Shown here: positions 26,398 through 40,300 of the stretch, one piece after another
Layout: each line of letters opens with the position of its first letter
Numbering within the stretch: the first letter of the stretch is position 1
The notes under the pieces: model-generated
What the model was told of the DNA's origin: nothing
The model's database searches: none
The model's input: only the letters and a program-made list of their open reading frames with translations
Made by a program: the position numbers and the translations under genes
Assembly (NCBI GenBank): GCA_951406725.2
Contig: OX597843.1
Location: forward strand, 21,097,124 to 21,161,123
Reading direction: 5' to 3'
DNA from: Octopus vulgaris
Taxonomy: Eukaryota
Length of the DNA: 64,000 nucleotides

Positions 26398-26929
26398 CGT
26401 ATGTATTCCTATGTAATACATACATATGTATGTATTACAGGTTTGACGTATGGGGTTTCACATGTCACAGATAAATTCCTCTATTTACATAATACTGAGG
26501 TCCCATTCATTCTTTTGTTGGTATACCGCTGCTATTAATATATATATGTATAGTAAGAGAAGGGATATAATATGAAAGCAGATAGCGAATGGCAAGGCTG
26601 GTACCTTCAGATGGTAGGTTTACGCTGAATGTCCTTTAGGTCCCAACCGATGTAACAGTTTATTTTTTGGCAACGTAGATATACAGTCTAATTATGATAA
26701 TAATGGGATTGAGTTTGTATATTCAAATTGTTAATTCTCTCTGTCTCTCTCTCACTCTTTCTTTCTTTCATTCTATCTTTCTTTCTTTCTCTCTTTCGCT
26801 TTCTCTCTCACACTCTCTCTCTACACATATATACTTATAAATTGAAGATATACTCATTAAAATGTTATTTGTTATAAACATTTATATATGTATATGTTAG
26901 GGTGTGTGTGTGTAAGTACATGTATATAT

Positions 26930-29610
26930 AAAGAAGAATTGGATGCTCATATCAAGGAAACCTACAACGATCCGCACCGTAACCAGCCGCTGCCACCTCT
27001 ACATGGGCTAAATCATCTCTCAGGACCTGATATCGAATTCCAGATTGGGGACATCAGGGAGAGAGGTGAATGACTTTGTAAGAAAAGCTAGAGCAGAGAG
27101 TGCCCCAGGAGGTGATGGCGTCTCATATAAAGCCTACAAATACTGCAATCGTCTGCGAAAGAAGCTCTTCGTCCTACTCCGAAAACTGTAGCGCGAGGAG
27201 ACTATAGTAGAGGATTGGTGTAAGGCAGGGGATTGGTGTAATATACCTGGCGAAAGAGGCCAATACAAAGACCATAAAACAGTTAAGGCCGATATCCTTA
27301 TTGAATGTGGAAGGCAAGATTTTTATGGGAATTCCGTCGAGGAGAACAGTGGCATATTTACAGAGTAACGGATATGTTGATGAATCTCTACAATAGGCCG
27401 GAATACCCGGGATCCCTGGATGCGTTGAACACTGTTTTTCGATTTGGAAAGCGATCCAGGACGCCAAACAGAACAAGAAAAGTCTGAACGTGGTAAGCCT
27501 CGACCTAGCTAACGCGTATGGTTCAGTGCCACACGAATTACTAATAACAGCCATGGACCACTTCCATATTACTGACAAAGTGATCAAAATAATGAGGATG
27601 TACTATGACAGTTTAGAGGTTGACATTGCTGCTGGCTGTACAATATCTGTCACATTGTTTATCTTGGTTAGGAGTTGATTTTGAAAGGTGTAGATTTTCC
27701 GGAACAAATCGCCCATGTACAATCGCCTAAGAAAGAGTTCATGGATGATGTGTCATTTCTAGCTACAGATAAACAAATCATGCAGAATGCCCTCTTGAGA
27801 TTAGACGAACTTGTAAGGTGGTCAAGGATGCGATTTAGAGCCAAAAAGCCGCGTAGTCTGACATTTGTTAAAGGAGTACAGAAAGAATTTAAGTTCCGGA
27901 TATCTGAAGAAAGCATTCCAACAGTCAAGGAAGAGCCCGTCAAGAGCTTGGGACGAGTATACGCTGGAACCTTGTCAGACAGAAGTCATGGGATTGAAAT
28001 TGTGAAACAGGCCGAAGCTGGGTTATCAGCGATTGATAATACGAGGTTACCAGGTAAATATAAAATTTGGTGCTTGCAGTTCGGCTTGTACCCGCGACTT
28101 GCGTGGCCACTTTTAATATACGAAGTAGCATTGTCACGAGTTGAAAGCATTGAACAAAAATGTAATGTGTTCATTAGAAAGTGGCTAGGCCTACCTCGTA
28201 TGTTGAACAACTCAGCTCTTTATCATAAAAGAGGTTGTTGCATCAATAGTCGAAATATATAAGCTGGGGAAGATACGGACGGTCATGATGCTGAGAGAAT
28301 CGAAGGATATGAAAATCAGGCGTAACCCACCAGAGATGAACACAGCCAGGAAGTGGAAAGCAGAAGCAGAAACTCACGACATTTTGTCTTCTCTTATACA
28401 CAGAGATATGGTGGGAGCAACGCAGAATCATCGGAAAGGACTTGGTTTTGGCGCAGATCAATTCAGACCGTTTGCAAGCATGATGCGGAGTGAACGCAGA
28501 TCTGTTGTTAGCAACAGCGTCAAAACAAGAGAAGCAGAGAGAAGAGATCTTCATTTGATCCGATGTGTTCATCAAGGTCAGATGACGAGATGGCAAGAAC
28601 ATGTTGTTGAGAGGAAGATAAGTTGGGATGAGATGTGAAAGTGGACAACATCTCGGCTGAGTTTCCTGATTCGTTCATCTTATGATGTTTTGCCATCACC
28701 TACGAATCTAGTAAGATGGAACGTCTTAGAGAATGACATCTGCAAATGTGGAAAGGTCGGTACACTAAAACATATTCTTTCCAACTATTCATTAGCATTG
28801 AACAAGTATACATGGAGGCACAACTTGTTCCTTAAGGTTATCTTCAATGCTATAAAGAACAAAATTCATCTCAACAACACTGAGGAAAAACCGTTGAAAG
28901 TACCATCAAGAGATTTCATTACCTTCGTGCGACCAGGACAGCGGATCCGTTTCAAGAAGAAGATCAAGAAACTTCCTGAGAAAAATGAAAAGTGGAACGG
29001 CTATTGGGAGGTAACTGCAGATTTACCTGGGTGCCAGGTTTTCTTTCCCATCCCAGTTTCGAAAAAACCAGATATTTTGATGTGGTGTGAAAGAAAGAAA
29101 GTTGTAAATATAGTCGAGCTAACGGTTCCTCATGAAGATAATATGGACGCCGCTCGGGCTCGAAAATTGAGCCGTTATGAAAACCTCCTCGAGGAATGTG
29201 AAGACGCAGGCTGGAAAGTGGAACATTTTCCTATCGAAGTCGGATGTAGAGGGTTTCTTGGATACAGCGTGAGACGACTGTTGTTATCGCTAGGCCTAAC
29301 TCATCGTAAAGTCAATACCACCATGACTGATATCCAATCTACAGTGGAGAAGGCCACTGGATTTGGTTAACAAGAGACGATGAGCGATGGCTAGAAGTAT
29401 ATTGAGTTTAACTTCATAACCAGCTGATCTAGCAAGCTGGGCCTCGTATCAGTGAGGGGGGCCGGTGCGCATTGATGCCGTCGAGATGTAGGCCCCGAAA
29501 CGGCGTGCATTCTCTCCTGATGACCCATACACTTGCTAGCTTCCGGTATACGGAGCTTTTAACTGGTAGCACTTGCATGTGCAAGTTGTTTGCAAGACAT
29601 ATATATATTC
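26930..29610 (+). mobile_element. 5'-truncated HERO-like (RLE-type) non-LTR retrotransposon
   Basis: SAPGGDGVSYK, RPISLLNVEGKIF, AGIPGIPGCVEH, LDLANAYGSVPH, GCTISV, FMDD, LPGKYKIWCLQFGLYPRLAWPLLIYEV, CKCG..GTLKHILS, YTWRHN, KPDIL..VELTVPHE..RKLSRY…IEVGCRGF. Several stops and frameshifts. Confidence 0.88.
29419..29567 (+). ncRNA. Candidate structured (pseudoknotted) 3' UTR RNA of the HERO-like element
   Basis: Multiple nested and crossing complementary segments; detailed in findings. Confidence 0.55.
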
Positions 29611-29779
29611 AAATAAATTCTCTCTCTCTGATCCACAGATCCAGTTCACAGATCCTTGATGATCCTACTAATGGACAGTAAAGACACACGAAACCAAGAA
29701 AAAACCTCTATGAATAAATTATGTAAATGTCCCGCCCTGTGATTTGTATTTGTTCCTCAAGATGAAGGAGTTGAAGGGG

Positions 29780-30450
29780 ACTGTAACAGGGGTCCTGGAG
29801 ACACTCTCTTTCAGATGAGATTTCAGCTTAGGTCTGTAGATTATTTTTCGAAAGCTGCACCGTGAGAGGTTCCACAGTTTAATGTGCCTCTTGGTTATCC
29901 AAACGATAATCGATGCGAGATGAAGAACTGATTTTAATATAAGTCATTTACGCAATTCGGTAGCTTAATAACGCCTACGTTTGATAGGTCCGAAGACGTC
30001 ACTAGTAATACTGTTTGGAAACATGGCGGTTCTGTCCACTGACATGACAGAGGTTCCTCTGTCAAGCATCATGTCTATGTTACCGTTGGTGAATGAATGA
30101 GGTTCAAACTAAGACTACGCCTGTCATATTGTTTCCTATGGCTTCAACTCTATGCGTAAATTGAATGAAGTATGGGTGTTATGCCTTGCCAAAGTGCAAT
30201 CCGTGTTTGGTCCAGGGCAATGTTTTATCCATATTAAGCATACCCAAACCCAAACCCTAACCCTATATTTAGAGGCTGTTCCCCATTCTATCGCGTACAG
30301 TATACTCATATACAACAACAATCTATAGAAGAGTACCTCTCTGTTAAATAATTTTGCTGAATTCAAATGTGGAATCCATTTTTTAGGATTACGTCTAGAT
30401 TTCAAGATACCCAAACCCTCAATTTTCACTATTTTCCTCATATTTAAGGG
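29780..30450 (-). pseudogene. Highly degraded CR1/L2-like LINE 3' fragment
   Basis: KWIPHLN…LLLYMSIL..IEWGTASK and a downstream IKLWNL motif on the minus strand. Confidence 0.45.
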
Positions 30451-30539
30451 GAAATATATTGGGAAATGTAGTACGAATGTCTATTATGGTTTATCGATTA
30501 TTTTATTAAAGGTCTGGTGTAAACATCGGGTAATGAAAT

Positions 30540-31910
30540 AATGGCCGCAGCGAGCATTAGTCCCAGGGTATTTTAATGTGAATGAACAGACTTTAGTTCA
30601 GCCGGAGAAAATCATCCAACATCCATGTCTTATCAAGGCAGATTGTAACTAAATACGATGCTGGGATATTGAGGATCAGCACTGAAGAAAACCATTCAAA
30701 CACAAATTCATGAAAAAATAGGCATGAACAATAATGTAAACTGTCTGTAGAAATTTAGAGATATATGCTAGCTTTTCAGTAGAAGTTCAAAAAATCCTAG
30801 TTTTGAAGACAATGCAATTTCTATGTATATTAGTACGTTCTTCATAAGCTGGTTTATTCGAAAACAAAACAAAGACATTCTCTGGATCCAGTATCTTACA
30901 ATTCTGATGTGATCGTATTAAATTGATGTCCGTTTCGGATTCTGTGTGTCAAAAGACTCCCAGTTCGTCTCCAGTTATTTCGTTAGCTGACGATATTTCC
31001 AAAGTATTGTCTTGAATAAAGTTTAAATTGTTTATACACCAAGAACGGGGATATATATTTTCATACCGTTGAATAAGGACAGATTTCATATTTTCTTTCG
31101 AGTAGGAGTAAAGCAGGCTTGAAACCGATTCACAGGATGACCAAGTCTAGAGGGAAGGAGAAAAGATGGTATTCTTCAACTGAAGAATGTTTAAGACAAT
31201 ATGGACTTCACTAAAGGCACTTAAAATTACTAGGTGGCGGTTTTGAACAGAGATGTGGTTTAAGACTACCATTGAAATAGGCCATTAGAGACAGAGAAAG
31301 GATACAGCATAGCCGTAGACACGGTGTTGAAACACGGTCATTTGTAATGGGCTGAAGATTAGACAAGTGTCTCTCACAACCTTACTTGAAAACTTACACT
31401 TCGTTGAGAATTATTAGCAGTGAAGTTCTTTCTTGGCGAAAGTAGATCCTTTGCATAGCTAGTACGGTATTTTAAAGTCCAATCCTTCTCTTTGCAGCCA
31501 AAACTTCAGACCATTTACAATGCTCAAGTGAAACACACAATGAAGAAATCTTTCTACACCTGGAAGGGTGATACACATCCGGGATTGCATCGAAAGAAGG
31601 GTGACGTGGCTAAATTTTACTCTATCCCTAATAGACATACTCTAACAGCTATCTCGCAGGCAGGATATCTCTTCTCTTTGTTTTGCCACTGTCACTGTCA
31701 TGCTACAGATTCTTGTAGGAGTTGGCTGAGCTCTTGACCCCACCAAGCAGGTACTACCGACTCACTCATCTATTCCTTTGCTCCTCGATCTTAAACATCA
31801 GTTCGTTTTCAGTATGAACCTCTGTGCTAAACACTTCAACCCCTTCATCATTCCTGTAAATGTTTGCCTGTAGCAGCTTAAACGGAACGTTCATGGTATC
31901 TATCTCAGAT
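30540..31910 (+). pseudogene. Highly degraded Jockey/CR1-group LINE remnant
   Basis: G(Y)FNV endonuclease-like motif near 30566, then LVRYF…LQTIYNAQVKHTM and LFSLFCH..H, resembling LTIYKAQVRPTM and SLFYRYYH. Confidence 0.45.
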
Positions 31911-32169
31911 TTCATTCAATTCACGCTTAAATTATGAAAGATGAAAATACCTAACTTATTAAACGGAACATTGATTTTGCTATTCCACATCTTCAGATTT
32001 ACGAGGTTTAAAGAATAACATTAACAAAACATTGCTATTTGCTTTACATTAGGATTTCTCAAATGGTTAAAATGTTCCAAATTTGTTGACAAATGGGTCT
32101 GATCGAATGAATCGATGCAGTTTAGTATTTGAATATTTGATTATAACTTGAAGTGATTAATGCTGTGAT

Positions 32170-32417
32170 GCGAAGAGCGAGAGAAAAGATGGAGTAGAGG
32201 GAAGAAGCGGGTAAGGTGAAGAGCGAGAGAAAAACAGGCAGAGAGAGAAGGAGGGAGAGGAAAAGAGGGTAAGAGAAGCGTCTATGACGTGTGGTAGGGG
32301 GAACGTAATAGTTATTACGTGGTTAAAAATGTTGGTTGAAGGTAGTGATATAGAGGAGAGTGAGAAACAGAATTGTAGCAGAGGATCGATGTTCTGATGG
32401 TGAGATTAAAGAAAGGC

Positions 32418-32458
<41 letters not shown>

Positions 32459-32867
32459 GATGATGATGATGATGAATGTGTTTGTGGTGTTAGTGGTGGT
32501 GGTGGTGGAGGTTGCGTTGGTGAGTGTATGCGAAGAGTGTAATGTTTTAATTGATATATTTTTTAATACCACCTATTACTTAAAGCATGCGCATAAGCGC
32601 AATCGTCTGCTCGCTTGAAAAATGTTATTTGTTTATAAACCAAAGATGAGAGACGATGTAAGCGAACATCAGAAAGAATGAAACCAAATGGGCAATGGCA
32701 CCAAGAGAAGCAGAGGGTCTTATCCAGAAGGACTGAAGGTGTTTTAAAACGACAATTATGTAGAATATACAATTTATAAAGGAGCGCTAATTTTTATGTC
32801 TCTACATAAACTTACAACCATCTTAAAACTTTCGCATTTTCCGCGGAATTTCTACGGGTGCTGCTAG
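32170..32867 (+). mobile_element. Non-autonomous Helitron-like element (3' part)
   Basis: Ends in an imperfect hairpin ccgcggaatttctacgg, then CTAG|T at 32864-32868. 32290-32420 is homologous to 12965-13090. Confidence 0.55.
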
Positions 32868-33245
32868 TGTATTAAAGAATTACTCTGCTAATGCTGCTCC
32901 ATCTCTCCAGACGTGAAATCTTTTAAAAACACTTAAAAATTACATAAGTTTTCAGGTGAATCGAGACATATTCATCAGCAGAAACTTCACCTGAACTTGC
33001 ATAATTCTTCAGGACTAATAATTGATATGTGTTTATTGTTTGTGATAACGTAAATTTCACTTTTGACATTCTATTACAAATAAAATTTTCTTAAGTTGCT
33101 CATACAACACTTTTTCGCATTCTTCATTTACGTATTTTAAGAATTTGACAGTTTGAGCGCATCTCTTTATTATCTGCACTTTAAACCATCAGTTTAACTT
33201 TTAATTGCATAAATAATTATTTCTTCTCTCTCTCTTTGTCTCTCT

Positions 33246-33306
<61 letters not shown>

Positions 33307-33308
<2 letters not shown>

Positions 33309-33638
33309 CGTAGGAGTGGCTGTGTGGTAATTATCTTGCTTACGAACCACATGGTTCCGGGTTCAGTCCCACTTTGTGGCACCTTTGGCAAGTGTCTTCT
33401 GCTATAACCTCAGGCCGATTTGTGAGTAGATTTCATTGACAGAAACTGAAAGAAGCCTGTCGTATGTAAGTATATATATATGTATGTGTGTATGTATATG
33501 TTTGTGTGTCTGTGTTTTTCTTCCCAACATCGCCTGACAACCGATACTGGTGTGTTTACGTCTTAGCGGTTCAGAAAAAGAAACCGATAGAATAAGTACT
33601 AGGCTTACAAAGAATAAGTTCTGAGGTCGATTTGATCG
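33307..33638 (+). mobile_element. tRNA-derived SINE (family of 6009), 3'-truncated
   Basis: Same head and body; follows (TA)n at 33249-33306. Confidence 0.88.
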
Positions 33639-33639
33639 A

Positions 33640-34910
33640 TGTTTCTTTATCTCTCTCCCCTTAATACCACTCGCGGTACAAAATTGATCAGTGTGTCCAA
33701 TCTCAGCAAAATCCGAAGAAAAATGGTAAGGTTATATCATAAAACAGATTCCATGTGACCATTTACACGAAAATATCCCATTGACATTTAAATCTTAGTA
33801 CATTATATGAATAACGGATGTTTCATACGTCGAAGTGCTTAATTTTGCTCACGGTTTAAATTTTCTTCAAAATCAGTTCATTATTTTATTGTGAATGATT
33901 TGAGGATTTTTGCTTCTCGCTTGTTTAATTTTAATTCTTCTACATGTCTCCGACATTAAACTTTCCCTAAAAGTGAAAGCTCATCAAAATCGGATGAATT
34001 CTGTAAAAGTTACTGTATAAAATAATAATCCTATGGGTGATTGCATGCAAAAACCCTATTGATTTCTTAAAATCCTCTGCTCACGCGCAGATATCGATTA
34101 TTTGTCAACTCTTCATGCTGGCATCAACAAATACACATGAACTATAATCACGTATAAAATTTCTATAAAATCGATAAGAATGTGTCTAAGAATATGCTTA
34201 TTTGCATTTATGCCTATTTCAAGCCATTTTGAATTAAATAAATACCTTTTCCGTCTCCCCCACCAATCATTTACCTATATCTCAAATTTCATTAAAATCG
34301 GATAAAAAACATGAAATTTACGGCCAAAAATAAAGCCCCTACTGGAATTGGCACTCTAAACACCTATTGATTTTAGAAAACCACTGACCTGGCGCAATTA
34401 GTGATTTTTTTCAACGTCATATACTGAGATCAACTTACTGCCGTCAGCCACGATCACTCATCGATTTTCATCAGAATCGGACAAAAAATGCAAAAGCTGC
34501 AGGAAAATAACATCGTTATGAGAATATGAAAGGTTACCGAACAAACTATTTAAGATGTCGCCATTGTTCTCAAATTACGTTTCACTTTTCGTTTGAAAAG
34601 AAAGAAAGTGTGGATTATAATGGTGGTCACTGAATTCCCAAATTTTTCATTCAAAACATTTTTAAATGCGTCGTTCAAAAGCATTGGCCAAAATCGGTAC
34701 CGATTGGGATAGGGGATGTGAATAAAATCAACACACATTAAAACAATTTTTAAAGAGCTTCCTGTCATCATCTGCAAAGTTGTGGTGAAAAAAAATGGAA
34801 AATCCTCACCAGAACGCAGAAAAGGTATCTTATGAGGGAATGCTGTACCAAAAGTCTACCAAAATATTCTGTTGTGGGATACGCTCGGCAACGAAGGGAT
34901 ATTTATCTAG
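33640..34910. mobile_element. Non-autonomous interspersed repeat homologous to 23490-24340
   Basis: Direct similarity. Three diverged internal units, each with 'aaatttc/ttcatc…aaatcgga'. Confidence 0.55.
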
Positions 34911-36227
34911 AGTATATAGATATATGCGTATGTGTGTGTAGGGAATAGCGTAGACACAATACAGGCTACATAAGCTTCATAGCTAAGAGAACCACGAAAG
35001 TAGAATATTATCCTAACATGGGGTATACCACAAGCTACTCTTCAGTCAAAGGATATCTTGATTTTGTGAAGTTTACATTCTCGTTAGAATCCCCGTGTAA
35101 ACTCGTTGGGAATTTGATCAAAATGCAAAGAAAGGACAGTTCGGGAGGAAAACAGTTGAGCAGAAGGAAAATGCAAATAAAATAGAAGAAATCCTATGTA
35201 TAAGAATGAGAACGTTTGTTACTGATTAAGGAGTGTACGAAGACAAGGTTTGATATGGAAATTGGCTGGCGAGTGGCTTTATGCACGTATTCCGGGGTCA
35301 TTCACGGGTCCGTTGTAGGATAGATAAGTAAACATATTGTAGCATTATATATAGCCATTTAAAACAGAATTATAGGATGAAGATATAGGTGTAGTATTTG
35401 AAGTGGATAGAATGGTGTTTGAAGGAGAGGAAGGCGGAAGATAGGGTATTTACGTTGTAAAATAATAGACCACTGTTTGCTCGTCGAGTTGGTAGAACTA
35501 ATTTGGCTTTAAAATCTAAGGACGGCGAGTGAAGTGGGAGATAGTAGTAGTAGTAGTAGTAGCTTTCATCTGAGATTATTATGTGAGTGCGTATTAGTTC
35601 ACACGCGCGTATATGGTGTGCGTCTGTAGAATCTAGTAGTTGTGTACGCGTGCCAGGGTCTTTGTATATTATCATATACTGAGGGATGTGTGTAGAGAGA
35701 GAAGAGTTAAGAAAATTTATGACGTATAAACGATAAGGAAAACAGTTTGGGAATTAAAAAATGAAAGAATAAAACTTTTAGGAAATGTTTACCAATATGT
35801 ATGCAGAATAATAATGACATAACTATAATAATTCTATGACATATTGATTGTAAAATTAATATATTAATATCTTTTATAAACATCTTTTATATATTATATT
35901 TATATTCTATATTTTAATTTTGATATACTATCTGTTGTGAATAGCAGAATACACCTAATCTAATATTAATAATAATAATATTAGTAATAACTGAATATTA
36001 TATATACTTATGGATGTAAATGTGTATGTATGTTTCAGTATATATTTATATATATAGAGTGGATGTATACTCACAACATGAGGGCTAAACAGCGGTGGTG
36101 TAATTCCCTTACGGGACAGTTACGTTATGTTGACAGTATACAACCACACCTTCGCTCCACCACCGCTCATGTCTCTTCGAGACATTTAGAAATTTAATAT
36201 TTCTGATATATATATGTATATATATAT

Positions 36228-36453
36228 ACTCTTTTACTCTTTTACTTGTTTCAGTCATTTGACTGCGGCCATGCTGGTGCACCGCCTTTAATCGAGCAAC
36301 TCAACCCCGGGACTTATTCTTTGTAAGCCCAGTACTTATTCGATCGGTCCCTTTTGCCGAACCACTAAGTGAGGGGACATAAACAAGCGATACAAGCGAT
36401 ACACAGACATACAAACACACGCGCGCATACAAACACACACATACACACAACAA

Positions 36454-36504
<51 letters not shown>

Positions 36505-36669
36505 TACATATATACGTCGGGCTTCTTTCAGTTTCCATGTACCAAATACACTCACAAGGCTTTGGTCAGCCCGAGGCTATAGTAGAAGACACCCACCAAA
36601 GGTGCCACGCAGTGGGACTGAACCCGGAACCATGTGGCTGGTAAACAAGCTACTTACCACACAGCCACT
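36228..36669 (-). mobile_element. tRNA-derived SINE (family of 6009)
   Basis: Reverse complement of the same head, body and tail. Confidence 0.9.
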
Positions 36670-36698
36670 GTATATATATAATTATGTATAACCATATA

Positions 36699-36738
<40 letters not shown>

Positions 36739-37317
36739 ATTAATTATGTATAACCATATATGTATGTATGTACGTATGTATATATGTATATATACATGTA
36801 TGTATGTATATACATATATGTATGTATGTATATACATTTACGTACATGAAGCCCAGTTACAACTGCAGCCGGCTATTACCAGTAAAGGTTTTAGTTGCCA
36901 ATTTGGTACAAGACATTGTAGATCTTTAGCTGGGCCAAAAAGTCACATTCGATCACAGAACCAGTAACAGTTAAGCTTCGTGTAATGGCCATATTCGATA
37001 ACGAGGGAGCAGCCATAATATATATATATATATATATTCAAATGTGTGTATGTATTTTGTTTATTTTATATTCATGTTTATAATTATTATTGTACTTGAT
37101 AATCTCTGAGGAACCCTGGAGATATATACAAGTACCTCATTGTCATCTGCCTATTACCTCAATACACTTGATTAATAAACGCAGAATGAGATACTTTTAT
37201 CTATGGGCTGAAATTATTTTACTAATTTATATTCATGTTGTTCAATAATTACTTGTATCCTTATCTTATATGCTATATGTATGTATGTTATTATAATTAT
37301 GTATGTTATTATGATTA

Positions 37318-40300
37318 GTTTAGTGTTCGATTCGACACTCTTCCAGCAGCTCCTGCAACCTTGCTGGTGCCAAACGTAATGCTCTGCACCCCTTTGGACT
37401 ACATCATCAAGGTCGAGAGAAGAATCCTGGCGATTGGGCTACCCAGGATTTTCTTAATTCTAGCCCAGGCCTGCGCAAAACTAGAGAGGACACTTCAGTG
37501 CTGCTGTAAAACGTGGCAGAAAAAATACGGGAGTTAACCGTCACGGGCGATAAGTCCATTGACATTGGCGTCCGATATGGGCACCACGGGACACCTCTGA
37601 CCGTGAGAGGGACGTCCATGTACCATTGGTTAGCTACTGCCTATCTAAAGTTGGGCAGCCCCCAGATAATAAGTTGCTGACCCGCCACAGGTCGCCTGCT
37701 TCATTGGGTGCTTGGAGCTAAGAGTTTGACTTGAAAACACTTCAAAATTACATAAGGTCGGCACCAGGCAAACAACTAAAAGACAAGAAACCACCAGTCC
37801 TACGGTTAGGAAGCTGGAATGTCAGGGCCATGTGCCCTGGTATATCTGATGATCTACTCAGGGTTGAAGACACAAGAAAGACGGCCATCATTGACCATGA
37901 ACTAGAGAGGCTTAACATAGACACTGCTGGGCTGCAGGAGACAAGACTCCCCTCAAACGGCAAACTCAAAGAACAGGATTTCACCTTCTTTTGGCAGGGA
38001 AGCGTTCCAGAAGAACCTCGTCAGCATGGCGTTGGCTTTGCAGTGAGAAATTCATTACTCTCCTCAATAGAACCACCATCAGGAGACACTGAGCGTATCC
38101 TCTCACTGCGCCTCTCGACTTCTTCTGGCTCAGTACATCTACCCAGCTTCTATGCTCCCGCTGTCTACGGCTCAGAGGAGACCAAGTACCAGTTCTATAA
38201 AGATCTCAACTGTGTCATTAAAAATATACCAACAAATGAAAACATCTACCTTTTAGGAGATTTTCTCGCTCGCGTGGGATCTGACCATGATTCGTGGCCC
38301 ATTTGTGTTGGACACCCTGATATTGGCAACATGAATGACAATGGTGAGAGACTACTTGAATTTTGCACATACCATAACCTGTGCGTCACCAACACATTCT
38401 TTGCCAACAAGACATCCCACAAGACATCTTGGAGTCATTCAAGATCTCACTACTGGCATCAGCTGGATCTCATTATCACACGAAGTTCCTTTCTGAATTC
38501 TATTCAACTCACCCGTACTTACCACAGCACGGATTGTGTCACAGATCACTCACTAATTAGAAGCAGGGTGACGATCCTGCTTAAAAAGTCCATCACTCCA
38601 AGAAAATGGGCCGACCACGCATTAACACTGCCAGAACATCGGACCCTACACTGCGAAAATGTTTTGCTGTTTCTATCAAGTTTGCCCTCAGTAGCTGCCC
38701 AACCTCCTTTGCTGAAAGTAGGTGGAATTATATCAGGAAAGCTTTGTATACCACATCAATAGATACTTTCGGCATGAGAGAAAGGCAAGATCGAGATTAG
38801 TTCAGAGCTGGAACCAGTTATCGAAGCAAAGCGTGCAGCTCTGATGCAATACAAGAGTGATTCTTCTACAACATCACTCGAAGAACTCAGAAAGGCAAAA
38901 AATATAACCCAACTGACAGTCAGACATTGTGCAAATAGGTATTGGCAGGAAATCTGTCAGAGTATCCAGTCAGCTACCGACAGCGGCGATACCCGTGGAA
39001 TGTATGCCGGTTTGAAGAAGGCCCTCGGTCCATCCGCAACCAAGTCAGCTCCTCTGAAATCAACTACTGGAGATCTCATCAAGGACCAAAGGAAGCAAAT
39101 GGATAGATGGGTGGAGTACTACCAGGATCTCTACTCACGGCAGACCACGGTAGCTGAGGTTGCAATCGAGAGTGTCAAGATCTTGCAAGTTATGAGCGAA
39201 CTTGACAGTCCGCCATCTATAGAAGAGCTATAGACGCCCTAGAAAGGGTATTGACACCTTAGCAAGTAGCAAATCTCCGGGAAAAGACGGCATCCCCTCA
39301 GAGTTCATCAAAGCCGGCAAAAACACAATCCTGCTTCGGCACCTTCATGAGCTTCTGTATCAGTGCTGGGAAGAGCGTACAGTCTCTCAGGATATGCGGG
39401 ATGCTAACATCATTACGCTTTACAAAAACAAAGGTGACCGTGGTGATTGTAACAATTACCGTGGAATATCTCATCTACGTACTGTTGGAAGGACCTTTGC
39501 TCGCGTTATCCTGTCCAGGCTACAACTGCTTACTTTTCGAATTTATCCGAAATCGCAGTGTGGCTTTAGAAGAAGCTGATCAACTACTGACATGATATTC
39601 TCCATACGCCAACTTCAGGAGAAGTCCAGAGAACAGAAAATGCCATTATATATGACCTTCATTGATCTGACAAAGGCCTTTGACTCTGTAAGTAGAAAAG
39701 GCCTCTTCATCCTGCTCCAAAAAATCGAATGTCCACCAAAGCTGCTGAGGATCATCAAATCTTTCCATGATGATATGCAAGGCACCATACAGCACAATGG
39801 ATCAACATCAGCCGCCTTCCAAATAAAAAACGGAGTAAAGCAAGGTTGTGTCCTTGTTCCTACATTATTTAGCATCTTCTCGTTGCTGCTCTCACATGCC
39901 TTTCAGACATCAAATGATGGAGTGTTTCTGCAGAGTAGAAGTGACGGGAGACTGTTCAGTCTCTCGCGCCTGCGTGGCAAGACCAAAATAAGAAGCGTCC
40001 TGATCAAGGAAATGATGCAGCTCTGGTATCACACACAGAAGAAGCCCTACAAAGGCTCATCACCTGTTGTGAGTAGGCATGTAAAGACTTTGGCTTACCT
40101 ATCAGCCTCAAGAAGACCAACGTCATGGGTCGGGCTACACCGGACATCCCAAACATACATATTGGAGACCACAGATTACAGGAGGTGGGGAAGTTTTACC
40201 TATCTTGGCTCTACCAACACCTACAACCTATCCCTTGATGCTGAGCTCAATCTACGCATTGGCAAGGCAGCTGCTGTGATGACCCAACTCTCTCTCCAAA

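Noticed and set aside
34880-34912. Helitron 3' end (gctcggcaacgaaggg…CTAG)
   Set aside because: The hairpin is poor, CTAG is followed by A, and the orientation conflicts with the end-like motif at 23490.
34940-35700. Minus-strand CTGAAGA…GAAGCTTA hammerhead-like stretch and ORF 35370..35675
   Set aside because: GAAA and helix I are not satisfied, and the ORF has no recognisable domain.
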